Source of the DNA: Bdellovibrionales bacterium | Lineage (GTDB): Bacteria > Bdellovibrionota > Bdellovibrionia > Bdellovibrionales > CAYMLA01 | DNA: 64,000 bases | Reading direction: 5' to 3' | Assembly: GCA_965217115.1 (NCBI GenBank) | Contig: OZ244239.1 | Coordinates: forward strand, 768,001-832,000 | Part shown: positions 18,715 through 28,024 of the stretch, in pieces | Layout of the letters: each line of letters opens with the position of its first letter | Position numbering within the stretch: the first letter of the stretch is position 1 | Position numbers and translations under genes: made by a program | Notes under the pieces: generated by a model | Databases searched by the model: none | The model's input: only the letters and a program-made list of their open reading frames with translations | What the model was told of the DNA's origin: nothing

Positions 18715-19743
18715 ATGGGAACAGCTAAAAAAACACTAATGGTGCTCGTTGGATTTATTTCAATCCTTCCGTTATCTTTTGCTTCTGAAACAGACCCTTA
18801 TACATATAGTTCTATTAAATTAAAAGATAGTAAATCAATCGTTAATGCTGAAATTCAAAAACACTTGGATAAAGCATTAATAATTACAAATAAAAAAATA
18901 GAAGAAATTCTTTTTAAAGGCAAGTCTGTATCAGCTAAAGAGATTGAGATAATATTAACACAAAGTTTAGCTATTGATCATGGGTGGCTTTCTTTTTTAA
19001 CAGAACCTAATCGAGCTATAATGTCCCATATAGAAAAATGTATTATGTATAACAATTGCAAAAATTGGCCTTTTGTAGAAAGAATTGTCTTAACTGTAAA
19101 TGAATCAATTTTCGGTAGGGCCAAATATAACCATTTAACTAAGTCGTTTTTGGGAACTATGATTAATCTATGCGGTTATAGACTTGGTGCTGATAAAATT
19201 AGCCATTTTTTAGACGATGGCTTTGCGTACTATAATAGTTGGATGAATGGGCTCTCTAAAGAGGGCCTTAAAAAAGTTATGGATGCAATCGAAAAATCCT
19301 CTATGGGGGGAGAGTTTACAGGAGTTTATAGTAAAGCTGATATCGCTGCAAATTACTCTGGTATAAAATTTTACCGATCATTACTCCATGCTTCATCACC
19401 GTATTTTAAAATAAAAAACAAAAAACTAGTACAAGTAAGAGATTTCATCATTTGTGATTATGTCAGTGACTTATGGGATGAAACCATTAATAAAAATATC
19501 TATACTCAAAAAAATTCTACTGACTTACTTGAGGTTATTGAAAATGAGTCTAAAAACCCAAGTAAAGTGGATAGGGAAAATCTACTTAACCGTGATTACA
19601 TTAGTCCAGGGCCAAAGGATTATATAAAGGCTTGGTGGTATACAGAACTCTCAACAGAAGGCCTGAAGACTTTTAACTTTATATTTACTAAAAAGTTTAA
19701 CTATCACCGTGTTAGAGAAGTCAATATTCAGATTCTTGATTAG
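18715..19743 (+). CDS. Hypothetical secreted protein
   Basis: Signal peptide; motif-like segments LGADKISHF and TGVYSKADIAANYSG. Confidence 0.8.
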   Translation: MGTAKKTLMVLVGFISILPLSFASETDPYTYSSIKLKDSKSIVNAEIQKHLDKALIITNKKIEEILFKGKSVSAKEIEIILTQSLAIDHGWLSFLTEPNRAIMSHIEKCIMYNNCKNWPFVERIVLTVNESIFGRAKYNHLTKSFLGTMINLCGYRLGADKISHFLDDGFAYYNSWMNGLSKEGLKKVMDAIEKSSMGGEFTGVYSKADIAANYSGIKFYRSLLHASSPYFKIKNKKLVQVRDFIICDYVSDLWDETINKNIYTQKNSTDLLEVIENESKNPSKVDRENLLNRDYISPGPKDYIKAWWYTELSTEGLKTFNFIFTKKFNYHRVREVNIQILD

Positions 19744-19764
19744 TTGTATTTTTAGTACAAATTC

Positions 19765-19807
19765 ATGATTAAAAAAATGGCGGAGCAAATGGGACGAGTT
19801 TAGAACC
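19765..19807 (+). other. att-like relic resembling the tRNA 3' end
   Basis: aaaaaaatggcgg shared with tRNA-Asp 3' flank (21445-21457) and with 17883-17895; reads KKWRSKWDEFRT. Confidence 0.5.
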
Positions 19808-20215
19808 TTTTGCTTGGCAATTTGATTCTAACCTTCATTTTCATTGCTTAACGTTATCTGATTTTCCAATCTAATTTCTCTAAAAACTCCTCTTCTCTGT
19901 TCTCATCAATCAATGCCTCTAAAAAGTCTTTTTGTGGAAAATCGTCAGATACCTTTTCCGAAAGGACTGTCCCAAGTGACCGTCTCCCCAAATTTTAAAG
20001 TGTTTTTGACTTCTTTTTGTTTGGTTCAAATAGGGTCGCTTTGGTTAATTCTTTATTTGCAAGTATCTTCGACTTCAGGCCTTTTCGGTGTGATTATTTA
20101 TGAGTTAATTCAGAAAATTTGTAAATATTTCATAATCAAATAATTTTATTTATTACTTGTGAAAAATTGGTATAGTAGAACCTTGTTCAAATAAACAATA
20201 TACACGGAGTTTTTA

Positions 20216-20791
20216 ATGAAATTTTTATGTATTTTAATTTTATCATGCCTAGCATTTAGTAGTGTTCATGCAGAGTCAAAAAATAAGGCCAAGACTAATT
20301 TTGAAACACTCGGAGAGATGTTTAGCCAAGGAACTTTGCCTAAAAAAGAAGACACTTTTGGCTGGTGGTCTGGAAGATGTTACTCAACAGAAAGACCAAA
20401 CAAACCATTACCCCGACTATTAGTATCTAGAATAGTTATAAAAAACGATGGCCCCGCATTTCCTGAAAAAGACTTGCATCAAATGAGGGTTTTGGAGGCT
20501 AGAATAGGAAGCCCAGCTAACTACTTTGACACTAATGATTTATTAGACTTTGAGGATTCTGTGAGAGAACTCTTACGTGGATCCGAAGAACCTATTGCTC
20601 ACGGAACATTTATTGCTACAGAAAAAAATGACTCTTTATATGCATCATTTAATAGAAATTTTAAGCTAGTTTACGAACTAAGAAAATATAACGATTTTTT
20701 TATAATGACTCGATACCAGAAAGACAGTGATGTTCATTCAAATTGTTATTTCTTTAAAAAAGTTTACCCAAAACATTCCTTTTCTCTCTAA
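20216..20791 (+). CDS. Hypothetical secreted protein
   Basis: Signal peptide ending VHA; GWWSGRC motif. Confidence 0.8.
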   Translation: MKFLCILILSCLAFSSVHAESKNKAKTNFETLGEMFSQGTLPKKEDTFGWWSGRCYSTERPNKPLPRLLVSRIVIKNDGPAFPEKDLHQMRVLEARIGSPANYFDTNDLLDFEDSVRELLRGSEEPIAHGTFIATEKNDSLYASFNRNFKLVYELRKYNDFFIMTRYQKDSDVHSNCYFFKKVYPKHSFSL

Positions 20792-20793
20792 AT

Positions 20794-20829
20794 AAAAAGG
20801 CTACAATTAATGATTTGTAGCCTTTTTTT
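20794..20829 (+). terminator. Intrinsic terminator
   Basis: aaaaaggctacaa...ttgtagccttttttt stem plus U tract. Confidence 0.8.
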
Positions 20830-20964
20830 ATTTGTAACCTGGCCTGGTTTTTTTGTAAGTAATTTTTTTAATTTCTTAACTGTGGACAGGTCAGACAAAT
20901 AATTCCTAACCTTCGATTTGATACTGTTTCGGAGAGACGATCACACTCAGTGAGGGAAAAATAA

Positions 20965-21312
20965 GGTTCTTTGTGATAAATAGTGGAACTGTTCCCAAGA
21001 GACTCATCTTGAGGGCTCTCTTTCTAAAACTATCCATGGATAACAGCGTTGTTACACATGGAGGTCAGTCATAGAAAGAGATCCATTGACTCAATTGATT
21101 GAATACGTCCTTTTTTTCTAGAGTCTCTCCCAAAAGAATCCAGTTCTTTTCGGCGAGTTTGGCTTGGCGACTTCCATTGCATTTTTCTGCAATGGGAGGT
21201 GACAAACGGATGTTTGAGCAAGAAAAGGGCTGGATTCTTTTGGGAGAGACTCTAGAAAGAAAACAGCTCATCAGAAAAAAACTGGCTCCACTATTGTTTG
21301 TCATAAAGAACC
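20965..21312 (-). mobile_element. MITE-like element copy 2 with 8-bp target duplication AAAAATAA
   Basis: ggttctttgtgataaa ... tttgtcataaagaacc; flanks 20957-20964 and 21313-21320 identical. Confidence 0.93.
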
Positions 21313-21451
21313 AAAAATAAAGCAGTGATGTGAAATTTTTCCAATTTTCAAAGACAACTTTTTGCTCTCCCCCACAAGCCCAACGAAATTTATGCGTTTT
21401 GCTTTTGGAATTGATGTCTTCGGTTTTTAAGGATTCAGAGGTTCAAAAAAA

Positions 21452-21528
21452 TGGCGGGGTCGACCGGACTCGAACCGGCGGCCTCCTGCGTGACAGGCAG
21501 GCGTTATAACCAACTTAACTACGACCCC
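21452..21528 (-). tRNA. tRNA-Asp(GTC)
   Basis: 77 nt cloverleaf, GGGGTCG acceptor stem, anticodon loop ctGTCac, TTCGA T-loop, encoded CCA. Confidence 0.98.
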
Positions 21529-21600
21529 GCGAAGAATCCCATTCTTACCTATAGCGTTGCGTTATGTAAACTCTTTTTTAAATAAGGGCAGTGTTTTCCC

Positions 21601-21662
21601 ATGGGTGGGTGGGTGGGTGGATAGATGGGTGGATGAATGGATAGATGAGTGCGTGCGTGCGT
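21601..21662 (+). repeat. Degenerate tetranucleotide microsatellite including (GGGT)4
   Basis: atgggtgggtgggtgggtggatagatgggtggatgaatggatagatgagtgcgtgcgtgcgt. Confidence 0.9.
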
Positions 21663-21691
21663 CGCGAACGGGCGAGCACTCGTCAGCTGAA

Positions 21692-22732
21692 TTAAATCTC
21701 TATCTCAAAATCCCAACGATCACTCTCTAAATCCCAATTGTCCCACATGGAAATTTCCTGGAAACAGCTCTGCAAAGCTGTGGGGACAACCTCAGAAGAC
21801 ACAAATGCCCTCTGCCTCTTCAAAGGGCGGCAATGGGGTAATTCAAAGCCTAGGCTTCCTAAAATTCCCCTAGCCACATACCAAGTCGCCTGAGGATCCC
21901 AACCATGGGCCACCTTAACCGCCACACCCAAACCCTCAGGGTGATCCAAGTGCTCAATCGCTAGAGCAAGAAGGCCATCCGCCCCCTCCTTAGCAATAAC
22001 ACTCCCCCCACAGGAACCAATGATCGCCGTGTCTAAACGACCCTCACCACCAATGAAATGGGGCTCCCTCACCATTGCTTCCCAAATCCAATCTTCACCC
22101 CGCCTCTGGGCCAATCCCGCATAACATCGCGATAACTCACCCATCGTCATCGAAACTGTCGGTAGACCATCACCATCACGGGCCACGCTCAAAGGCTGCC
22201 AATCCTCACCCAAGTAACTCTTCATCACATTTACATAATTCTTAAAAACCCCATGGCGAGGCGACATATAATCCCCTCTATCCCAACCCCTCAACAGACA
22301 ACCGCGCAAAATCGCCGCATGATGCCCCGACGAATTATTAAGCCAACGATCAGGAGTCGTCACCCCAGCAGAATTTGACGGCACCAGCGGCAAATCCACA
22401 GGCGTCAACATCAAGCCCTGATCAGTTTTATTCAATAAACTCTTCGCCACCTCAACATGCTCTCTTGCACCGTTATGACTTGCTAAACTAATGGCCTTTT
22501 GCTTCCAGTTCGTACAATCAGCCAAATCTTGGGTGAAGGGTTTTAAATACAGCGGCTTCATTGTACTGCGACCATAACAAAGCACATCGCTCCCCAGAGA
22601 ATGGATCTCCCGCCCACCACTCCACCAGGAAACCGATCCATGGACAGTGTTCTCTATCACTCCATTACGGCGATAAACAACCAGAGGTTCCCACTGATGA
22701 TCGTCTTTCAAATTTTTTTCCCGACCTAACAT
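21692..22732 (-). CDS. L-asparaginase II (Rhizobium AnsA-type) family protein, atypical metal site
   Basis: RSTMKP, ASHNG, AKEGADG conserved; NSSGHH and DGDG replace NCSGKH and DGCG. Confidence 0.85.
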   Translation of the reverse strand: MLGREKNLKDDHQWEPLVVYRRNGVIENTVHGSVSWWSGGREIHSLGSDVLCYGRSTMKPLYLKPFTQDLADCTNWKQKAISLASHNGAREHVEVAKSLLNKTDQGLMLTPVDLPLVPSNSAGVTTPDRWLNNSSGHHAAILRGCLLRGWDRGDYMSPRHGVFKNYVNVMKSYLGEDWQPLSVARDGDGLPTVSMTMGELSRCYAGLAQRRGEDWIWEAMVREPHFIGGEGRLDTAIIGSCGGSVIAKEGADGLLALAIEHLDHPEGLGVAVKVAHGWDPQATWYVARGILGSLGFELPHCRPLKRQRAFVSSEVVPTALQSCFQEISMWDNWDLESDRWDFEIEI

Positions 22733-22756
22733 TATTCGCCTTTAAAAAAAACATCC

Positions 22757-23974
22757 CTAGATTAAAGGGATCACCTCTTCCTTAAAAACCCCCATCATAT
22801 TCTTCACCGCTTCATTATCATGGTTGTTAAAATCAAACCAAAGCATCAAACGATCATCTCTATCAAAACGCTCCTTCACTTGCTCCGCCACCTCTTCAGG
22901 CGTCCCCACCAAAGCATTGCTCACTGCGCTTTTTACCTTAGACAAATCCAAAGTTCCCTCAATCGCTTGCCAATAATTAGACAAAGCTTTCTCTGCCATA
23001 CGATGGGCATGCTCTGAACTCTTTCTATCTACAAAAACCAACGTGGTCCTCGGCATACAAGAGCGATTCCAACCACCACCGTCTTTATGATAATCCTTCA
23101 ACATACGCCGATGGGTCTCTTCAATCACAGGCGTCGGAGTGATGGAAAGATTAAACACCCCCACTGGAAAATACTGATTAGCTAATCTCTGCGCATGGGC
23201 ATCCTGACTCCCTATGGTCAAACGCAACAAATCTAAAGGAGACTCAAAAGGAATCACACCCACCTTTGGAAAACTCCAGAAAGTGTCCACAGATATCTCA
23301 TCCACTGCCGATGGTTTCTCCAAAGAGTGATGTTGGCAATAGGCCCGTGTCACTCGCTCCCAATCTCCATCACTGCGAAAGTGATCCCGTCTTAAGGCAA
23401 GACTCTTCACTTCATCAGAAGAGAAGATATCTCCTCGCAAAGCCTTTAAAAAAATCTCAAGAGCACTGTGAAAAATTTGCCCTTTAAGAGCCGGCCAAGC
23501 CTCTTGCTCCCAAGTGTTCCTCGGTGTAATTCCGTAGGGGATATTTGAAAAAGGGAACCTCCCCGAAGCAAAACCAATATTTAACAGCCTTTTTTCATTC
23601 ACATCCATGCTGTGTAAACTCATAAAAGTGCGTATCGCCTCAGCATGGGCCAAAGGTCCACCGTTGCAAAGAATATTACGAATAGCCGATCCAACATGAA
23701 TGTTTTTTGTTACGGAAAAAATCCTATGGGCCAATTGTAAAATATCCGTGTTAAGCCCTATCTCTCCCTTAAAGTGGGGAATCACTGCATTTGGATTTTC
23801 TTTTTGCACCTGACAAGATAAATGGGTCTCCGCCACCCAAGCAGTCTCATAACCTAAATCATCAGCCAACTTCACCTGGTCAAAAAAATGGCTAAACATT
23901 TGACTCTCTGAAGGGATCACACCGTCCACCTCAGTCTGACAAATAGAAAAAAACACATCGTACTTCATACTCAT
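22757..23974 (-). CDS. LLM class flavin-dependent oxidoreductase (luciferase-like)
   Basis: ADDLGYETAWVAETH, IHVGSAI, LVGTPEEVAEQV. Confidence 0.9.
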   Translation of the reverse strand: MSMKYDVFFSICQTEVDGVIPSESQMFSHFFDQVKLADDLGYETAWVAETHLSCQVQKENPNAVIPHFKGEIGLNTDILQLAHRIFSVTKNIHVGSAIRNILCNGGPLAHAEAIRTFMSLHSMDVNEKRLLNIGFASGRFPFSNIPYGITPRNTWEQEAWPALKGQIFHSALEIFLKALRGDIFSSDEVKSLALRRDHFRSDGDWERVTRAYCQHHSLEKPSAVDEISVDTFWSFPKVGVIPFESPLDLLRLTIGSQDAHAQRLANQYFPVGVFNLSITPTPVIEETHRRMLKDYHKDGGGWNRSCMPRTTLVFVDRKSSEHAHRMAEKALSNYWQAIEGTLDLSKVKSAVSNALVGTPEEVAEQVKERFDRDDRLMLWFDFNNHDNEAVKNMMGVFKEEVIPLI

Positions 23975-24099
23975 CTCTCTTTATACACTTAATCGCTTAC
24001 AGAATTATTGACTTTCCCTTTGCACTCTCTTCAGTTATAATTAATTTAAGCGTGTTTTAAAAGAGGTTTTTTAATTTTTATACAGGGAATAAATAAGGA

Positions 24100-24342
24100 A
24101 TGTCTAAAAACTCACTCGACCTCCACGGGCGTTCAAAAGATGAGGTTTTTGATCTTGTTGATCAGTTTATCTGTCAAGTCGCTGACTCTTCACTCAAGCA
24201 GGCTACCATTATTCCTGGCAAAGGAAAAGGGATCGTTTGTAAAGAGGTCCTTCGTTATCTAAAATTAGCCCATTATCAATGGGAATTTGCTAAGAACTCT
24301 AAAAATCAAAACAACGAAGGCATTATCACCGTCTTTTTATAA
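24100..24342 (+). CDS. Stand-alone Smr/MutS2 C-terminal domain protein
   Basis: LDLHG and IIPGKGKG motifs. Confidence 0.9.
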   Translation: MSKNSLDLHGRSKDEVFDLVDQFICQVADSSLKQATIIPGKGKGIVCKEVLRYLKLAHYQWEFAKNSKNQNNEGIITVFL

Positions 24343-24358
24343 AATTAGGGAAACTAAA

Positions 24359-24904
24359 ATGACTGAAGAAACTAAAAAAAAAATAGACCACCTCCTCTGG
24401 ATCGACTTAGAGATGACAGGTCTTGATGTCGATAAAGAAGTTATCATTGAAGTTGCTGCCATTGTTACCGATCTCGATTTTAACACTCTGGACACCTACA
24501 CTTCGGTCGTCAAGCAACCCCAACACTACATTGATGATATGGATAAGTGGAATACCTCTCACCATCAGAAATCGGGGCTAACCGCTCAAATCCCCAATGG
24601 AGAATCCCCCATAATCGTCGAAGAAAAACTCTGCCAATTTGTCAGTAGGCATTTTCCTGGGGACACTCCTGTCATTCTTGCTGGAAATTCCATCGGACAG
24701 GATCGCAAATTTATCGATAAATATTTCACCCGACTCTCCGACCGGCTACATTATCGATTACTCGATGTCACCGCATGGAAAATTATTTTTGAAGGGAAAT
24801 ATGGCAAATCCTACAAGAAAGAAGACTCTCACCGGGCTCTGGATGACATCAAAGAGAGTATCGGAGAATTGAAATTCTACATGGACTTCTTATCTATCTC
24901 TTAA
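24359..24904 (+). CDS. orn: Oligoribonuclease
   Basis: WIDLEMTGLD, LAGNSIGQDRKF, HYRLLDV, HRALDDIKESI; start set at ATG 24359. Confidence 0.97.
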   Translation: MTEETKKKIDHLLWIDLEMTGLDVDKEVIIEVAAIVTDLDFNTLDTYTSVVKQPQHYIDDMDKWNTSHHQKSGLTAQIPNGESPIIVEEKLCQFVSRHFPGDTPVILAGNSIGQDRKFIDKYFTRLSDRLHYRLLDVTAWKIIFEGKYGKSYKKEDSHRALDDIKESIGELKFYMDFLSIS

Positions 24905-24922
24905 GTTTTGAATAAAAAACCT

Positions 24923-26293
24923 CTAGTAACGGTAGTGGTCTGGCTTAAAGGGTCCATCTTTGTTTATCTTTAAATACCCCGATTGCTTATCACTTAGTTT
25001 TGTCAGCCTAACACCTATTTTGTCCAAATGAAGTGCCGCCACCTTTTCATCTAAGTATTTAGGTAGGCGATAAACCTTCACCTCTTTGTATTTTTTAAGA
25101 TTGGTGTGCAGTTCAATTTGAGCCAAAACCTGGTTTGTGAACGAATTCGACATGACAAAAGAAGGATGTCCTGTCGCACAACCCAAGTTCACCAAACGAC
25201 CCTTAGCTAAAACAATAACCTGACGACCGTTCTTCATTAAATGTTTATCCACCTGAGGTTTAATCTCCGTCATTTTAGAATTGGCATTCAACCAAGCCAT
25301 ATCAATTTCAATATCAAAATGCCCAATATTACAAACAATGGCATTGTTCTTCATCTCAACAAAATGCTTCTCAGTAATAATATCACAACACCCCGTCGAT
25401 GTAACAAAGATGTCACCCTCACTCACGGCGTCCTCCATTGTTAATACTTCAAACCCCTCCATCGCTGCCTGCAATGCACAAATAGGATCAATCTCTGTCA
25501 CCAACACGCGAGAACCATAGGAGCGCATACTGTGGGCGCAACCCTTGCCCACATCGCCATAACCAGCCACGACAACGACCTTACCTGCCAACATCACATC
25601 CGTTGCACGCTTAATCCCATCAGCCAAAGACTCCCGACAACCATAGAGGTTATCAAATTTAGACTTAGTCACTGAATCGTTAATATTAATCGCTGGAACC
25701 TTCAACAAACCCTTTTCACACAATTGCTCTAAATTATGAACTCCCGTTGTCGTCTCCTCAGAGAGCCCCTGTATGTTTCTCATCTGCTCAGAAAAACGAT
25801 CTTCATGCATCATATTTGTTAAGTCACCACCATCGTCGAGAATAAGGTTGTACCCCTCCTTTCCCCAACCAGTGATCGTCTGCTCAATACACCAATTGAA
25901 CTCTTCCTCAGTTTCACCCTTCCATGCAAAAACAGGAATTCCCGTTGCCGCAATCGCCACTGCTGCATGATCCTGAGTCGAATAAATATTACAAGAGGAC
26001 CATCGAATCTCAGCCCCTAAAATCACCAAAGTCTCTATCAAAACTGCCGTTTGAATTGTCATATGTAAGCAACCAGCAATTTTTGCCCCTTTCAAAGGCT
26101 GACTGACCCCAAACTCTTCACGCAGAGCCATCAACCCTGGCATCTCTGACTCGGCAATCTGAATTTCCTCACGGCCCCAACGAGCTAACTCTTGAAAAGT
26201 ACCTGCATCTTCCATCGCGCTCTTGCAAACACAAAAATCAGGAGATCCCTTCAAAGTCTTCTCAATTACATCTATCATTTGCGCTGTTGCCAT
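24923..26293 (-). CDS. ahcY: Adenosylhomocysteinase
   Basis: [49 protein letters not shown]. Confidence 0.98.
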   Translation of the reverse strand: MATAQMIDVIEKTLKGSPDFCVCKSAMEDAGTFQELARWGREEIQIAESEMPGLMALREEFGVSQPLKGAKIAGCLHMTIQTAVLIETLVILGAEIRWSSCNIYSTQDHAAVAIAATGIPVFAWKGETEEEFNWCIEQTITGWGKEGYNLILDDGGDLTNMMHEDRFSEQMRNIQGLSEETTTGVHNLEQLCEKGLLKVPAININDSVTKSKFDNLYGCRESLADGIKRATDVMLAGKVVVVAGYGDVGKGCAHSMRSYGSRVLVTEIDPICALQAAMEGFEVLTMEDAVSEGDIFVTSTGCCDIITEKHFVEMKNNAIVCNIGHFDIEIDMAWLNANSKMTEIKPQVDKHLMKNGRQVIVLAKGRLVNLGCATGHPSFVMSNSFTNQVLAQIELHTNLKKYKEVKVYRLPKYLDEKVAALHLDKIGVRLTKLSDKQSGYLKINKDGPFKPDHYRY

Positions 26294-26358
26294 TTTCTCT
26301 CTCCTTAAAATATTTTTTTACTCTATTGAATCTTCCAATCAATACTTTATCCAATACT

Positions 26359-27117
26359 TCACTCACTGACTGTCAATATCTCATAACCCTTATCTGTTAT
26401 CAGTACCGTGTGCTCAAACTGAGCCGACAAACTCCTATCCTCTGTCTCATAATACTTTACCGTCGACCCTGTAATATCAAACTCAATCATTCCTGTTGAA
26501 GTCATATTAATCATCGGTTCCACAGTAATACACGTCCAAGGGATCAATGTCTCCCCTTTTCCCTTCTTTCCAAACGATGGAACAAAAGGCTCCCCGTGAA
26601 AAACATTCCCAATCCCATGACCGCCTATCTCCTTCACCCCATGGTACCCCTGACGAGTCACATACTTATTTGTCGCAAATCCAATGTCTCCAGTCGTCCC
26701 AAAAGGAGTTACTGCCTCTATTCCTTTGTTCATTGCTTCTTCAGCCACCATAACCAATTCTCTGGCCTGCTCAGACACATCTCCCACAAAAAAAGTTCGC
26801 GAGGTGTCTCCATAATATCCATCCTTACGCACAGTCACGTCCACATTAATGATGTCACCCTCCTGTAGAGGGCGGCCATCGGGAACACCATGACAAATAC
26901 ACTCATTGACTGAAGTGCAAACAGACTTAGGAAAGCCATTGTAATTAAGGGGAGCCGATTCAGCACCCAGAGAAGTCGTATACTCAGCGACAAGGACATC
27001 TATCTCCTCCGTTGTCACCCCTGGTTTAACAAGGGACTCCGCATAATTAAGAACTTTCGCTCCCAAACGACAGGAATTACGCATTAAATCCAATTGCTCT
27101 GCATTCATCGGTTTCAC
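26359..27117 (-). CDS. map: Methionine aminopeptidase type I
   Basis: CTSVNECICHG, DVTV, GDTSRT, GHGIG, EPMIN, SAQFEHT. Confidence 0.98.
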   Translation of the reverse strand: MKPMNAEQLDLMRNSCRLGAKVLNYAESLVKPGVTTEEIDVLVAEYTTSLGAESAPLNYNGFPKSVCTSVNECICHGVPDGRPLQEGDIINVDVTVRKDGYYGDTSRTFFVGDVSEQARELVMVAEEAMNKGIEAVTPFGTTGDIGFATNKYVTRQGYHGVKEIGGHGIGNVFHGEPFVPSFGKKGKGETLIPWTCITVEPMINMTSTGMIEFDITGSTVKYYETEDRSLSAQFEHTVLITDKGYEILTVSE

Positions 27118-27176
27118 AGGGACAACCTACCAAAAATCCATATAAAATCAACAAATTCACATCTCATTGCAGACAT

Positions 27177-27205
27177 AAAAAAAGGGCTCCCTGTAGGAGC
27201 CCTTT
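27177..27205 (-). terminator. Intrinsic terminator
   Basis: aaagggctcc-ctgta-ggagcccttt with U tract on minus strand, after the SWIB gene. Confidence 0.85.
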
Positions 27206-27239
27206 AAATCTTTAAAAAATGCACGAAAACTAGATTAAA

Positions 27240-27800
27240 TTAGCTTAAATGCTTGCTTACTAATTTAGTCATTTCAAACATAGAAACAACTTTCTTTCCA
27301 CCGAAAACAGCAAGAAGCTTAGCATCAGCGATGATGTTTCTTCTGTTCTTAGGATCTTGCAAGTCATATTTCTTAATATAAACCCAAAGTTTTTTAACCA
27401 CTTCCGTGCGAGGCAATGGCTTATCACCAACAATCTCTGCCAATTTAGCACTGACCTTCAGTGGCCTCATAAAAGCAGGGTTTGGTTTTCTCTTGGTTTT
27501 CTTCTTAGCTACTTTTTTCTTAGCTACTTTTTTCTTAGTCGCTTTCTTCTTAGCCACCTTTTTCTTAGTTGCTTTCTTCTTAGCTACTTTTTTCTTAGTT
27601 GCTTTCTTCTTAGCTACTTTTTTCTTAGTTGCTTTCTTCTTAGCTACTTTCTTCTTAGTCGCTTTTTTCTTAGCTACCTTTTTCTTAGTTGCTTTTTTCT
27701 TAGCTACCTTTTTCTTAGCTACTTTTTTCTTAGTTACTTTTCTCTTAGTTACTTTCTTCTTAGTTGCTTTCTTTTTTGCTTTCTTTTTTGCTTTAGCCAT
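27240..27800 (-). CDS. Histone H1-like Lys/Ala repeat protein with C-terminal SWIB/MDM2 domain
   Basis: KKKVAKKKAT repeats followed by FMRPLKVSAKLAEIVG...RTEVVKKLWVYIK...LQDPKNRR...MFEMTKLV. Confidence 0.92.
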   Translation of the reverse strand: MAKAKKKAKKKATKKKVTKRKVTKKKVAKKKVAKKKATKKKVAKKKATKKKVAKKKATKKKVAKKKATKKKVAKKKATKKKVAKKKATKKKVAKKKVAKKKTKRKPNPAFMRPLKVSAKLAEIVGDKPLPRTEVVKKLWVYIKKYDLQDPKNRRNIIADAKLLAVFGGKKVVSMFEMTKLVSKHLS

Positions 27801-28024
27801 TCACTTATCTCCCCAAAAAATCTATGGTTAACAACCTTTTTCACAACGATGCATACCTGCCAAAAGCCGTATGCAACTCAAAGAATAAACTCTGAATCTA
27901 CATATTAAGCACAAGATGAGCGAATTCCCAAAAAAAAAATTAACAAAATGTCATTTTTTTTTAATGGCAAAGAGATTTTCCATGGAAAAATGGCGAAAAA
28001 AAAGCTTCTTCACCTTAAAAAAAC

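Noticed and set aside
19913..20143. 76-aa ORF
   Set aside because: No RBS, low-complexity Phe/Leu composition; probably non-coding.
4189..21450. Classical integron
   Set aside because: No IntI and no consistent RYYYAAC...GTTRRRY attC sites after the genes; the ccctaac at 17741 has no matching GTT box.
26294..26358. SAH/SAM riboswitch before ahcY
   Set aside because: Spacer is only 65 bp, AT-rich and unstructured.
27357..27908. Phe/Leu-rich plus-strand ORFs (also 45058-45444)
   Set aside because: Antisense or off-frame shadows of Lys-repeat coding sequence in the SWIB gene and topA.
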